From contig OX597829.1 in the NCBI GenBank assembly GCA_951406725.2, positions 38,998,001-39,062,000 on the forward strand: a stretch of DNA of 64,000 nt, in the 5' to 3' direction. A program made the position numbers and the translations under genes. The DNA is from Octopus vulgaris. Taxonomy: Eukaryota. Below the pieces are notes generated by a model that searched no databases, was not told where the DNA came from, and saw nothing but the letters and a program-made list of their open reading frames with translations. Position 1 is the first letter of the stretch. Each line of letters starts with the position of its first letter. Shown here in pieces: positions 50,353-64,000 of this stretch.

Positions 50353-50828
50353 TAAGTTTCAAATTTTGGCACAAGGCCAGCAGTTTTGGGGAAGGGGTAA
50401 GTTGATTAAATCAACCCCAGTGTTCAACAGGTACTTATTTTATTGACCCCCAAAAAGGATGGAAGGCAAAGTTGACCTTGGCAGAATTTGCTCCCAGAAC
50501 AGAATGTAAAGATGGACAAAATGGTGCTAAGAATTTTATCCAATATGCTAACCATTTTGCCAGCTCACTACTTTAATAACAATAATAACACAGGTGTTCT
50601 TACTCATAAGATTAAAATATCCACAATTCATAAAAAAAAAATTGTATTATAGTATTATTTCATGAGTTAGGAACTAGGTGTGTGTGTGTGTGCACGTGTG
50701 AGAGAAATGGACCCTGCATAATTTCCCTTTATCCCATTTCATTTGCCAAAACATTGTTGGACCCAAGACAAGGTAATGTGCAGTATACAATGAAATACAT
50801 AAAAAGAGGAAAAATTAAGATTGCTTAC

Positions 50829-50924
50829 TTGACTAGCTGATACAAGCCTTGTTCTATTAACTTCAGTCAAATCTTCTTCATCTTCAAACTCTAAGAGACT
50901 TTCAACATCAAACTGATCTTCCTC
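50829..50924 (-). CDS. PDZD8: PDZD8 exon 5/12: acidic stretch and start of C2 C-terminal part (EEDQFDVESLLEFEDEEDLTEVNRTRLVSASQ)
   Basis: atttcag| acceptor, |gtaagc donor; 96 nt, phase 0 to 0. Confidence 0.85.
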
Positions 50925-51356
50925 CTGAAATATTTCAAACAGAAAAACTATTTAGAAAACTATCTTTTTTTTTTCTAAAGAATTTATAGAAATTTTTGAA
51001 AAAGGCACCTAGTATATGCTTAACCCTTTAGCATTCAGGTTACTCTGACAAATGTACTGTTTATTTATTCACATTGTGTAGAATTAATTAGATATTATCC
51101 TGTAGCTTTATGATTCCAATGATACAATTGTATATTTTAAGAATGACATTTTAGGGTTGGTGTGAAAGGCTAAATTGGGTCAGTTTGAACATAAAACAAG
51201 CAGAATATTTTGGCTGGAAAAACCAGTTTAAATACTAAAGGATTAAAGTGGTTGGCATTACAAAGGTCAACCAAGTATAGAAATCATGCCAAAACAAGCA
51301 TTAAGTAGGTTGCAGTTCTTGGACTTATTGGATCCTGTCCAACTCAATTCAATTTT

Positions 51357-51670
51357 TATTGGCTCAAAAAGCAAAAGCAAGGCCATGTAGGGGGACAGGG
51401 AGTTATGTACAGGGAGGGTATTCATACAAAGAGTTCAGGCCATTTCTGGTCAAGAGAGACTTTAAACCGAGCGGTCGTCGGCATCTTCACTATCTCGTCC
51501 GGCAGCTTATTCTACGGATCCGCAACCCAGACGGAGAAAGCCCCTCTCCTTCGATTGAGATGAATTGTTGTAGATAGAGCTTTTCGGAGTTACCCCACAG
51601 CCCACACTCCAGAGAAGGAGTGAAGAACAGCTCTTTCGAGAGGTTACACTTTCCGCTTATGATGTTGTGA
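51357..51670 (-). mobile_element. CR1/L2-like LINE 3' fragment
   Basis: Frameshifted NIISGKCNL..FF...EKLYL / AFSVWVADP*NKLPDEIVKMPTTARFKVSLDQKWPELFV. Confidence 0.65.
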
Positions 51671-52775
51671 GTGACCCATGCTAACATGGAACATATGTCT
51701 GCTCAATCAAGCCTGAAATAACAATGTAATCCTAGATTAGATTCCTAGATACATTATGTCTCAACAGAAAAGGTCATGGCTGGAGCACTTTATATAGACC
51801 TGCTCAATCAGGACTGGCCTAGAGTTAAATACCAAGGAGAGATACATTGTTTAGTCCTAATCCTAGATCCCTTATGTCATAATAAATGGTATGGACACAG
51901 CCAGAACACCTTTCATTATAGGCCTGTTTGTCCAGGTCTCGGATAAACTCAGAATGGCAACAAAAGTAAGCTTTTATATGGTTGCACAACCTATTAGAAA
52001 GAACAACCAAACTTCACTCTGGAAGGACACAATCTTGGATACCCCTCCAGAATGCTAGGGTGGTTACAGAGAATGCCTTTGATCATGAATGAGCTGGTAC
52101 AATAATTAAATAATTAAATAATTAAAATTTCTTCATTCACCCAGAATCCAGATACAAACTAATTACCAAAAACAGAATAACTACCAAAATAAAGGTTAAT
52201 AACCACAAGTTTCAGTCTTTCTTGCAGTGGCATGGTTTGTGTCCTTAAGAAGGATGCCAACAACAAAATATAAGCTCTTGATCTGGCCTCCCAAGATGGA
52301 CAGGTCAAAGGATAGGGGCCAGACTTATATGGACCACTTTCTCCTACAGATAAAAATGGATTTGTGTAGGACCAATGCCCTTGTCTAAAAGAAAAGCATA
52401 GTTACAGAAGCATTGGTGATAATGCAATAACCAAGAAGACCAGGGAGAAGGAGAGAGTCTCTCAGTAAACATATGACAGGATAGCAGAAGTTACAAAGAA
52501 GTAAGGATCCAAATAGAGAGAAGCCAAAAAGACAACCCAAAGTGAAGAATAGTGGAAAAAACTCATTGATGGTCTATGCTCAATAGGAAGCAAAAGACTT
52601 AAGTATGTAAGGGTTAACAGGAATATTTTTAGTTTAAATCTCTTGATGCTTCCAAATCCCAAATCCAAAAATCAAAGGAAAAAAGAAATCACTAAAATAT
52701 TTATGGTTCATTATTAATTCAGCAGATTAAAAAAAAAAAAGAAAAAGAAAAAGAAAAGAATTAAATAATACATAC

Positions 52776-52966
52776 GCCTTTACTAGATTTCCTCATCATA
52801 ATAGGAGGTTCTATTTGGGTGATAAGTTGTGAAGCCTTAACTTGTGGCTGTCTTTTAGGGGAGACCATTGGAGATTTACTCTCACAGCGACTTGTATCAA
52901 AATTCCTTACTTCAAGACGACGAGGTTCAATTTTATCAACTGGCTGGATCTGGATCTCGACTTTAT
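52776..52966 (-). CDS. PDZD8: PDZD8 exon 4/12: S/P-rich linker (DKVEIQIQPVDKIEPRR...IMMRKSSKG)
   Basis: tgtgttgtag| acceptor, |gtatgt donor; 191 nt, phase 1 to 0; lies within ORF 52761..52988(-). Confidence 0.82.
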
Positions 52967-53631
52967 CTACAACACAAATGTAGAACATATAAAGTAGGAA
53001 TTATAGAAACAATAACAATGATACTTTCCAAAGTAGGCACAAGGCCAGGAATTTGGTGAGAAGGAGGTTAGTGAATTGAACTGACTACAGTACGTCACTT
53101 GTACTTTATTTCATTGACCTCGGAGGCACAAAAGGCAAAGTTAAACTTGACAGGATTTGAACTCAGAATGTAAAGAGTTGAAAGTAATACCGCAAGACAA
53201 CTTTCTTGAAGTTCTTACAATTATAACAATCCCGCGTCGCCTTACTAGCACTTATGCCTGTGGCATGTGAAACATTGCGAGTGAGGTCATCGCCAGTGCC
53301 GCTGGACTGGCTCCTGTGCAGGTGGCATGTAAAAAGCACCATTTGGGCGTGGCCATTGCCAGTTCCACTAAACTGGCCCTCGTGCCGGTGGCATGTAAAA
53401 GCACCCACTACACTCTCGGAGTGGTTGGCGTTAGGAAGGGCATTCAGCTGTAGAAACTCTGCCAGATCAGATTGGAGTCTGGTGCAGCCATCTGGTTCAC
53501 CAGACCTCAGTCAAATCGTCCAACCCATGCCAGCATGGAAAGCGGACATTAAATGATGATGATGATCGATATGTCATGGGAAGGAATAATACAAGATGCT
53601 GTTAATATACAGAATTCAAACTCTGCTAATT

Positions 53632-53664
<33 letters not shown>

Positions 53665-54229
53665 CAACACATACAAAATATCACTACTATGTACATAACA
53701 CACAAACACACACAACACAAAAAATAGCAGCACAACAATACACACGCATTACATCTGGTATCCTAGGACTTTATATCTTTATACATATCTACAATGAACT
53801 ATATCTTCATCTCTCACTCTATCTCTCATATATTCTTTTACTCTTTTACTTGTTTCAGTCATTTGACTGCGGCCATGCTGGAGCACCGCCTTTAATCGAG
53901 CAACTCGACCCCAGAACTTATTCTTTTGTAAGCCCAGTACTTATTCTATTGGTCTCTTTTGCCGAACCGCAAAGTAACGGGGGACATAAACTCACTAGCA
54001 TCAGTTGTCAAGCAATGGTAGGGGGAAAACACAGACACACAAACACACATATATATATACATATATACGACGGGCTTCTTTTCAGTTTCCGTCTACCAAA
54101 TCCACTCACAAGGCTTTGGTCGGCCTGAGGCTATAGTAGAAGACACTTGCCCAGGGTGCCACGCAGTGGGACTGAACCCGGAACCATGTGGTTGGTAGAC
54201 AAGCTACTTACCACACAGCCACTCCTGCG

Positions 54230-54273
<44 letters not shown>

Positions 54274-54498
54274 TTCAACATACATTGAATATCAAATGAA
54301 GTTTGCTTTAGAAGCGTTGAGATGTATTGAAAGATACCGATAAAGGAAATAATTTTATTCTCAAACACAGGTTAATGCTAATAATATAGCATGAACAGGA
54401 TAAACTATCCATATTTTACAGAAAAATCTCTTGGTGGCCAGGCTGACTGCCAACAGGTTTTTTTCTGTAAAATATGGATAGTTATATTATTAGCATTA

Positions 54499-54824
54499 GG
54501 AGCACTCCGTCGGTTGCGATGACGAGGGTTCCAGCTGATACGATCAACGGAACAGCTTTGCTCGGTTAATTAACGTGCAAGTGGCTGAGCAATCCACAAA
54601 CACGTGTACCCTTAATGTAGTTTTCGGGGAGATTTAGCGTGAAACAGAGTGTGACAAGGCTGACCCTTTGAAATACAGGTACTACTCATTTTTGCCAGCT
54701 GAGTGGATTGGAGCAACGTGAAATAAAGTGTCTTGCTCAAGGACACAACAGGCCACCAGGAATTGAACTCATGACCTTACGATCATGAGCCGAATACCCT
54801 TACCGCTAAGCCACGCGCCTTCAC
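54499..54824 (-). mobile_element. tRNA-derived SINE family D with a 13-bp TSD, inserted in a fold-back element (about 54350-54882)
   Basis: TSD attattagcatta at 54486-54498 and 54825-54837; A box TGGCTTAGCGG and B box GAGTTCAATTCC; another copy at about 13110-13417(-). Confidence 0.85.
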
Positions 54825-55453
54825 ATTATTAGCATTAATGCTATATTATTAGCATTACCCTGCGTTTGAGAATAAAATTTTCTCTGTGTGTGTGTGTGTG
54901 TGTGTGCGTGAGTGCATGTGCATTTAAGGTTAGTCAGTAAAGGCACAAGCTCTTAAGCACCAGAAGGAAAAAAAAAATAATCAAATGTAAATATTCTATT
55001 TTATTGGGGTAGTATTTCTAGCAGTTAAAGTAACAAGGTACAACTCCCTTATTGACTTTTGGTGTTGGTGGTGTCGCCGATTAGTGCAAGGTCAGCCCTG
55101 ATGAAACAGACCTATGACCAAAGCCTCTCCAACAATGACTAACCTGCCTTTCCACATTCAATGTATCTCAGGCAATATTATTCATTTTTTTTTTTTTTTA
55201 AACAATTGTAGGGTAGGGCTTGAAAGAAGTTTCATTTCATTTTTTAGCAAATCAAGCAATTCTGTGAGACTTCCTTGTATGTTTCATATGTTAACAATGA
55301 TGTTGATTGCAGTGGTAATGATGATAATGATGGTGATTATAATTAAAATTGATATTAAGACAATGATGATGATGGTGACTATGATGGCAGTGTAGTTGGA
55401 TGCCAGTAATGATACAAATAGCAATGACAATTCTTAAGTGAAATTGTACTTAC

Positions 55454-55619
55454 CCAAAGAATTTTTAGACAGTCGACGGTGAGTTAGTTCAGGACAAGGA
55501 AGACCATGTGAATCTTTCTTTGAAATTCTATCTGAAGACTTCATTTCAGATTCAATTTCTTCCCAGGCTTTGTTATCAGCTAATGCATATTCAGAGTCAA
55601 GGGATTCTTCACTCTTTTC
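55454..55619 (-). CDS. PDZD8: PDZD8 exon 3/12: linker (EKSEESLDSEYALADNKAWEEIESEMKSSDRISKKDSHGLPCPELTHRRLSKNSL)
   Basis: ttttattgtag| acceptor, |gtaagt donor; 166 nt open frame, phase 0 to 1. Confidence 0.82.
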
Positions 55620-55688
55620 CTACAATAAAATCAAAACAAATTTCATTGCAGTTTATAGAAGGAAAAAAAAATTTAATTTAATATTTAA

Positions 55689-55911
55689 CCCTTTAGTGTT
55701 TAAACTGGCCATATCCGGCCGAAATTTTCTACCTATTTTATGTTTAAACTGACCAGATCAGGGCTCTCACACCTTACTTACATTGACATTCTAAAGACGA
55801 ACAATCATGCCATTGAAACCTCAAAGCTATAAGATAATGCATGATTAATTAAAAACAATTTGAGTAAAAAAAAAATATTACATTTAACAGAGTAATCTGA
55901 ACACTAAAGGG
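55689..55911. mobile_element. Second piggyBac-type MITE family; other copies at about 51024-51244 (opposite orientation) and 23484-23665 (partial)
   Basis: TTAA|CCCTTTAGTGTT ... AACACTAAAGGG|TTA termini; the internal sequence is shared among copies. Confidence 0.7.
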
Positions 55912-57357
55912 TTATAGAAGAAAAAAAAATGTAATTTAAACAAAATTTATAGCCTTGTAGTGGCAGGGTTCTTAATAAAATTTGGATCATGGGAGATTTT
56001 TGTGGCCATCCATGTGATATATGCTCTGTTCTGTAATGGTACAATATCTTATCTTTTATCTGTTTCAGTCATTAGACTGCAACCATGTTGGATCATTGCC
56101 ATGAGAAATATTAGTCAAATGAATCAATTCCAGAGCTTATATTTTATTAAAGCCTGGTGCTTGTTCTATCAATTTCTTCTGCTGAAGCGCTATGTTACAG
56201 GAACATAAACATACCAGCACTGGTTGCCAAGTGATGGTGGTGGTGGAGGAACAGACAGATATAGATATATACGAGACAGGCTTCTTTCAGTTTCCAACTA
56301 CCAAATCCACTCACAAGGCTTTCACCAGCCCAGTGCTATAGTAGAAGACACTTGCCCAAGACGCCATGCAGTGGGACTGAACCCAGAACCATGTGGTTGA
56401 GAAGCAAATATTCTTACCACACAGCCACAAGCAATGATAATTTTTTTGAGATTTGGCTGAGAGCAAAAGAATTATTTCAGGTATGGCTGTGTGGTCAAGA
56501 ACTTCACTTCGCAACTGACTGGTTTTGAGTTCAATCTCTGTGCATGGTAACTTGGACAAATAAGTTCAACTTTGGCATCAAGCTGATTAATGCTTGAGAG
56601 TGAAATTTGATAGACAAATAGGTGAGGGCATGGCTGTATGGTCAAAGCTTTGATTCCCAGACACATTGTTCTGTATTCAGTCCATTACATGTCACCAGAA
56701 GTGGGATGGTGGACAAATATCTTCTGGGCTGACCAAAGCTTCACGAGTGGATTTAGTACACAGAATTTAAAAGAAGCCTGTGATATATGCATATATGTAT
56801 GTGTGCATGTGTTACTGTCTCCTTGCCTTGATTTCTTGTCATAGACAAGCACCACCATAATGCAACAGTGTCTATTTCCAATCTTCAATGGAAACATGTC
56901 TGATCCCGGAGAAATATTACTTTACTTCAAAACATCTAGTCATAGAAAATATGACTCTACAAATTTTGGTCAATCCATCGAAGCATGGAAAAGTGAACAT
57001 TAATACAACAATGAGAATGAAACCATGTGTCTTTGTAATATCGTCACTAAGGCAGTGGTGATATTTTCTTATAATACCATAGACAAAATGTTCTGCCCAA
57101 GAGTTCACTGAAATCAATGGGTCTTGAAAACAAGCGCTGACATCACAAAGAGCAACCAGCTATAAAATACTGACCAGCTCAGAAAGTTTTGTCCAACCAA
57201 TTCCAGCATGGAAAAAAAAAAAAAAACTTAAAAACAATGATAGTGACAGTGATCGCCAGAGTTTAGAGCACCAAGCAGTGATTTTATCTGTGATAATCCT
57301 GAAATGATGTTCAAATTCCAGAACAAAATTTTGGTAAATATATACATAATGATATAT

Positions 57358-58570
57358 GCACATTCATTACACACAAACATACTATATATACACACACATT
57401 CATTACACAAACATACTATATATACACACACATTCATTACACACAAACATACTATATATACACACACATTCATTACACACAAACATACTATATATACACA
57501 CACATTCATTACACACAAACATACTATATATACACACACATTCATTACACACAAACATACTATATATACACACACATTCATTACACACAAACATACTATA
57601 TATACACACACATTCATTACACACAAACATACTATATATACACACACATTCATTACACACAAACATACTATATATACACACACATTCATTACACACAAAC
57701 ATACTATATATACACACACATTCATTACACACAAACATACTATATATACACACACATTCATTACACAAACATACTATATATACACACACATTCATTACAC
57801 AAACATACTATATATACACACACATTCATTACACACAAACATACTATATATACACACACATTCATTACACAAACATACTATATATACACACACATTCATT
57901 ACACAAACATACTATATATATATACACACACATTCATTACACAAACATACTATATATACATACACATTCATTACACAAACATACTATATATACACACACA
58001 TTCATTACTCAAACATACTATATATACACACACACATTCATTACTCAAACATACTATATATACACACACACATTCATTACTCAAACATACTATATATACA
58101 CACACACATTCATTACTCAAACATACTATATATACACACACATTCATTACTCAAACATACTATATATACACACACATTCATTACTCAAACATACTATATA
58201 TACACACACATTCATTACACAAACATACTATATATACACACACATTCATTACTCAAACATACTATATATACACACACATTCATTACTCAAACATACTATA
58301 TATACACACACATTCATTACACAAACATACTATATATAGACACACATTCATTACACAAACATACTATATATACACACACATTCATTACTCAAACATACTA
58401 TATATACACACACATTCATTACACAAACATACTATATATACACACACACATTCATTACACAAACATACTACACATTCATTACTCAAACATACTATATATA
58501 CACACACATTCATTACACAAACATACTATGTACACACACACACATTCATTACACAAACATACTATATATA
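57358..58570. repeat. Minisatellite with 34-36-bp units (cattcattac[ac]acaaacatactatatatacacaca), about 34 copies
   Basis: Read directly; it generates the spurious 455-aa, 327-aa and 177-aa ORFs. Confidence 0.95.
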
Positions 58571-58639
58571 TATATACCCACACAAACACACACACACAAA
58601 CATACATATACACACACATTCATATATACATATACTTAC

Positions 58640-58715
58640 TGAGGCTTCATCTTCAAATCTTGGTTCACTAGTCTGAGTTGTGCGATGATACTGTCTACGC
58701 AGGTGTAATGTAAGT
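58640..58715 (-). CDS. PDZD8: PDZD8 exon 2/12: end of PDZ plus linker (LTLHLRRQYHRTTQTSEPRFEDEAS)
   Basis: ttatttttgtag| acceptor, |gtaagt donor; 76 nt, phase 2 to 0; joins both neighbours in frame. Confidence 0.85.
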
Positions 58716-60107
58716 CTACAAAAATAAAAGGAAGGCTTTATTGTATTATCGTTAAATGACTGTGCAAATTTTAAAGCTAGAACAGCAGCAGGGCTTGAAA
58801 CCCCAGTTGGAATTTAATAAAACTGGGACTGCAAGGCAAGATATAAAATTCTCTAACACATTGCCAATTCATAATGCTAGACTGATTCTTGACTTTATTG
58901 ACTTTGGAAAGATATGTGAGAGATGACTGTTTGGATTCAAATTCAAAGCTCAGAGATACAAAATAAACTGTAATGCCATGCATTCTACCTAATGCTGCCA
59001 ATTCACCACCGGGTAAATTAATCTGGTATTCTAATGATTCTGCCATAATGTTGATTCCTTAGATCAGGAGTGGGGAAAACCCCACCCGTGGTACAATTGC
59101 ACCTGCTAGCCCATTTTCTTACGCCCACAGGCTGATACACTTGTATGTACAAAATATTGTAAATTTTTCAATTATAAAATTTATACAATATTCGTATGCC
59201 TATTTGCAACATAGGTCCCATTTTCACTATGACTTAAAACAGACTTGAACAGAAATCATCCAGCAATTGCCATTTGAATGGAAATTTTGTTATAAAACAC
59301 ATATTGCTATGTTTGTACCACCCCCTTGAGACCCAACTACACTCTAGCTGAAAAATATAGAATACCTCATAAGTAATATAAACATCCTAAATTCAGTGGC
59401 AGCGTTAATGAAGACGTTACGCGTTAATTTAATTTGTTAAACTTTCTTAATCAATGTATATCGAATTATGCATAGATACATACAAGATTTACATAAATAT
59501 ATATTTCTTTATTGCCCACAAGGGGCTAAACATAGAGGGGACAAACAAGGACAGACGAACGAATTAAGTCGATTACATTGACTCCAGTGCGTAAGTGGTA
59601 CTTAATTTATCGACCCCGAAAGGATGAAAGGCAAAGTCGACCTCGGCGGAATTTGAACTCACAACGTAACGGCAGACGAAATACGGCTACACATTTCGCC
59701 CGGCGTGCTAACGTTTCTGCCAGCTCTAGAACTTGTGACCTGCCCACAGACCTTTTTCTTAGATTGACATATCATCATCAGACATTGTCTGCCTCATGGG
59801 GCTGGTTACGCAGTTTCCATGGTGTATAAGTGTCCAAGATCAAAACATCTCCCACTGAACAGGACACCAGTCTGTTCCAGGATTACTCATTTACAGCCAA
59901 TTACAGTGAAGCAATGTGAAATGAGGCATTTTGCTCAAGAATACAATGTCCAGGATTGGCCCTGGAATTGAAACCATGTGCAATGATACTTTCTACGCAG
60001 GTGTAATGTAAGTCTACAAAAATAAGCGACGGGGACGTAAACACACCAGCATTGGTTGTCAAGCGATGTTGGGCAGACAAACACAGACACACAAACATAT
60101 ATGTGTA

Positions 60108-60148
<41 letters not shown>

Positions 60149-60824
60149 CAGGCTTCTTTCAGTTTCCATCTACCAAATCCACTCTCACAAGGCTTTGGTC
60201 AGCCTGAGGCTATAGTAGAAGATACTTGCCCAAGATGCCACTAGATTAGATGCCTTCATCAACAGACACAAGGTCTTGAATTGGAAGTGAAGGATATGGC
60301 CAATTGAATATAACCTAATCGCAATACTTTATTTCATCGTCCCTAGGAGGATAAAAAGTGTAATTGGCCTTGGTGGCATTTGAACTGAGAACATAGAGAA
60401 TCATAAACATAACAAAATCTTTGTTCTATAAGTCCTACCAATTCACTCCCTTAATTTGCATAATAATAATAATCCTTTCTACTACAGGCACAAAGACCTG
60501 AAAATTTGTGTGGGAAGGGTTAGTTGATTATTGGTTCTTGAGGATGAAAGGCAAATTTGACCTCAGCAAAACTTGAACTCAGTATGTAAAGACAGACAAA
60601 ATGCCGCTAAACATTTTGTCCAGAATGCTAACAATTCTGTCAGCTCTAATAATAATAGTAATAATATTTTCTACTGTAGACATGAGGCCTGAAATTTAGA
60701 GGAAGCAGGTTAGTGGATAATATCACCCCCAGTATTCAATTGGTATCTATTTTATTCATGAAATGCTGCTAGGTATTTTTGCAATGTGCTAACAATTCTA
60801 ATAATAATAATAATAATAATTATA

Positions 60825-61310
60825 AAATAAAAGATCAGACAAAAAAGGTGTGTTTATTAATTGACATGAGTATTCCTTGCGATCACAATATAGTGGCGAT
60901 AGAATTTGACAAGATCAGTAAATATAAAGACTTGCTAATAGAAATTGAAGAAAATGTAGTATCTCAAGGCGACTACAGTACCAGTGATTGTAGGATCTCT
61001 AGGAATGATAAAAAAAAAAGGTACTGAAACCTATTTGAAAATGATACCAGGCTTACCATCCCTACAGGAAGTGCAAAAAATCGTGTCAACTGGATCGACT
61101 CCTGTACTGAGAAGAGCATTATCGCTGTGTAAACAACATCCATTCATGAATTTATTTGTTTATTAATTTTTTTTAAATACATATTTTACTTGTGAATTTG
61201 CGTGTGTAATCTGGGAATGCATACAGTGAGCTTCTCTGCCCTAGGTGTAGGGAAAACACTCGGCGAGAAATGGAAGAAAATTTGAAGAAAGAAAAAAAAA
61301 AATAACGATG
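60825..61310 (+). mobile_element. 3' fragment of a REL-type (R4/Dong-like) LINE
   Basis: CLLIDMSIPCDHNI...KISKYKDLLIEIE and IVGSLGMIKKG...LQEVQKIV...VLRRALS. Confidence 0.8.
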
Positions 61311-61652
61311 ATGATTTCAAATTTTGGCACAATGCCAGCAATTTAAGAGGATGGGCTAAGTTGATTACATTGCAAACTGTGTGGGAATGAACTTACTCAA
61401 TTTTAAAATCTTCCCCCTTTACAAATGCTCAAACTCTTTCACCCCAAAACAGAGTAAATAAAGAAAAAAAAATTCATCAACAAATATAAACCACAACTAA
61501 ATATCGAAACACCCACCATCTACTATAATAATACTATTGTGTTTTTCTCCGTCACAACATACGAATGAGAAAGGAAGTGATGATAGAGGAAAAAGGAAGG
61601 AAGGGGTGATGGCAAACTGGTTGTGGGAGCGTTTCAACTCTGAGTGAGTATA

Positions 61653-62100
<448 letters not shown>

Positions 62101-62516
62101 GCAGAAGTGGGATGGTGGACATTCAACAGTGGAAAGAAAAAATCAAACAGCATTTCAGCTTTGTGTGTATATGTGTGTGCATGTACAAGGGAATGTTTGT
62201 ATGTGTGAACCAGCGTTCTCTCAGTAACAAATGATGATCGATGTCACATCTCAAAAGACAACCACTAGATAACATTGACAAGTGTATTAATTTGATTTAT
62301 CTTCCATAGTTACTCTTTTACTTGTTTCAGTCATTTGACTGCAGCCATGCTGGAGCACTGCCTTTAATCGAGCAACTCGACCCCGGGACTTATTCTTTGT
62401 AAGCCCAGTACTTATTCTATCGGTCTCTTTTGCCGAACCGCTAAGTGACAGGGACATAAACACACCACCATTGGTTGTCAAGCAATGCTAGGGGGACAAA
62501 CACAGACACACAAATA

Positions 62517-62555
<39 letters not shown>

Positions 62556-62841
62556 TACACACACATATATATGACAGGCTTCTTTTCAGTTTCCGTCTAC
62601 CAAATCCACTCACAAAGCTTTGGTCGGCCCGAGGCTATAGCAGAAGACACTTGCCCAAGATGCCACGCAGCGGGACTGAACCCGGAACCATGTGGCTGGT
62701 AAGCAAGCTACTTACCACACAGCCACTCCTGCGCCTAATTGTAGTATTTTATATTTATATATAAAATACTACAATTAGCTATCATTTTTGATGGCACAGG
62801 GCCAGCTAGTAATAATAAATAATAATAAAAATTATACTAAC

Positions 62842-62924
62842 CGTTCCCCAGCATTTTTCGTTAATTTTACAGCTTGTTTCACAGACGTAATTTTTGTTGA
62901 TCCCAAAGATAGAAGTATATCATT
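62842..62924 (-). CDS. PDZD8: PDZD8 orthologue exon 1/12 in window: C-terminal half of PDZ domain (NDILLSLGSTKITSVKQAVKLTKNAGER)
   Basis: atatacag| acceptor, |gttagt donor; 83 nt, phase 0 to 2. The peptide resembles, from recall, the PDZD8 PDZ segment GDRLIAIGGVKITSTLQVLKLIKQAGDR. Confidence 0.88.
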
Positions 62925-64000
62925 CTGTATATAAATGAAAACATCAGTTTTAATATACGAGAGACAGGAAGAAAGAGGATAAGAGAGTGAGAGTGGTGAG
63001 AGGAGAGAGAGAGGGTAAAAGACAAAGATAGGTAGTGTGAGAGAGAGAGAGAAAGACAGAGACTGACTGACAATCACAAATAAACATTAATTACACTATA
63101 TTAGCAAACGTTAGTGAGGACAGCAAGAATGAAACTGAAAATATAAATTGACTAATTAATAATAATTTCAGGCATAGATAAACAGCTAAAAATTTTGGGG
63201 GAAGTGAAGAAGAAGCAATAATATGAACTCCAGTTTTTTTTACTGATATTTTATCAAACCCTGGATAGAAGAGAGACAAAACCTTAGTGGGATTTGATCT
63301 CAGAATGTTAAGGACTGCAACGCAATATCACCACACATTCTGAGTGACAATTCCGCCAACCCCACCACCATTATAATAATTTTTTTTTATCTATGGGTGC
63401 AAGGCCTCTGATTTTGGAGAAGAGAATCAGTGGTTATGGCTCACTTGCCCAAGACGTTTCAGTTAGATTGAATTCCAAACTACATAATTGCCAAGCAAAT
63501 TTCTTTATCATACATTTGTGTTTGTTTACCATAATTTCACCCCAATCAAGGTAGTTTTATCTTGAGAATCACTCAGTGACTTTCACTAGTGTTGATCCTA
63601 TGCAAAAAAGAAAGGTGTTGGTGTTAGGGAGGATCCCTAGCCATATAAATTATACCAAAGTAGCGAGAGCTCAACACGGTCCTTCAACTCCTCAAATCCT
63701 GTCAAAAAGTCCAATCGATATGTAGGAATTGAAGACATTAAATCATCATCATCATCGTTTAACGTTCGTTTTCCATGCTAGCGTGGGTTGGACGGTTCGA
63801 CCAGAGTCTGGGAAGCCAGGAAGCTACACCGGGCTCCAGTCTTTCTACAACTGGATGCCCTTCCTAACGCCAACCACTCCGAGAGTGTAGTGGGTGCTTT
63901 TTACGTGCCACCGGCACAGGGGCCAGGGGAGGCTGGAAAATGGCCATGATCAGTTGGTGCTTTTACGTGTCACTGACGCGGACACCAATCAGACGGCGCT

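Noticed and set aside
53553-54128. 191-aa plus-strand ORF
   Set aside because: It runs through microsatellite and antisense SINE-B sequence and has no domain signal.
54750-54824. tRNA genes at SINE heads
   Set aside because: They have A and B boxes but no full cloverleaf, and they continue into SINE bodies with TSDs.
57358-58570. CRISPR-like array (repeat period of about 36 bp)
   Set aside because: The units are contiguous with no unique spacers, there are no cas genes, and the context is a eukaryotic intron.
57228-58671. Long ORFs of 455, 327, 177 and 130 aa rich in H/T/Y or C/V
   Set aside because: They are translations of the 34-36-bp minisatellite; only 58640-58715 on the minus strand is a real exon.

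Overview
AT-rich, repeat-dense animal genomic DNA, most likely a coleoid cephalopod such as Octopus; this is inferred from the SINE, LINE and microsatellite landscape and is not proven. The window is the inside of one minus-strand gene, a PDZD8 orthologue. I assembled 12 GT-AG exons (62924 down to 6766; 1668 nt, 556 codons, all splice phases compatible). They encode the C-terminal half of the PDZ domain, a low-complexity linker, the C-terminal part of the split C2 domain, the C1 zinc finger and the following linker. The SMP/N-terminal and coiled-coil exons lie outside the window. The introns contain tRNA-derived SINEs, a (GAT)n-tailed retroposon family, decayed LINEs (RTE, CR1-like, R4/Dong-like), piggyBac, hAT, mariner and Helitron-type non-autonomous elements, and large micro- and minisatellites. 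The most striking unexplained structure is a set of (TA)n-anchored elements from several unrelated families, mostly long fold-backs. They carry a type I minimal hammerhead ribozyme layout (CUGANGA ... GAAA, palindromic stem III, GUH), the signature of Penelope-like pseudo-LTRs, and some copies lie on the transcribed strand of PDZD8. Other observations are an exon that starts with AG|GTAAGT (a recursive-splice-site motif), a 49-bp templated copy of an exon acceptor, a possible mutually exclusive C1 exon, and a covarying pseudoknot repeat in the retroposon family. Almost all ORFs in the supplied track are spurious. Exon boundaries were indexed by hand; repeat boundaries are approximate.
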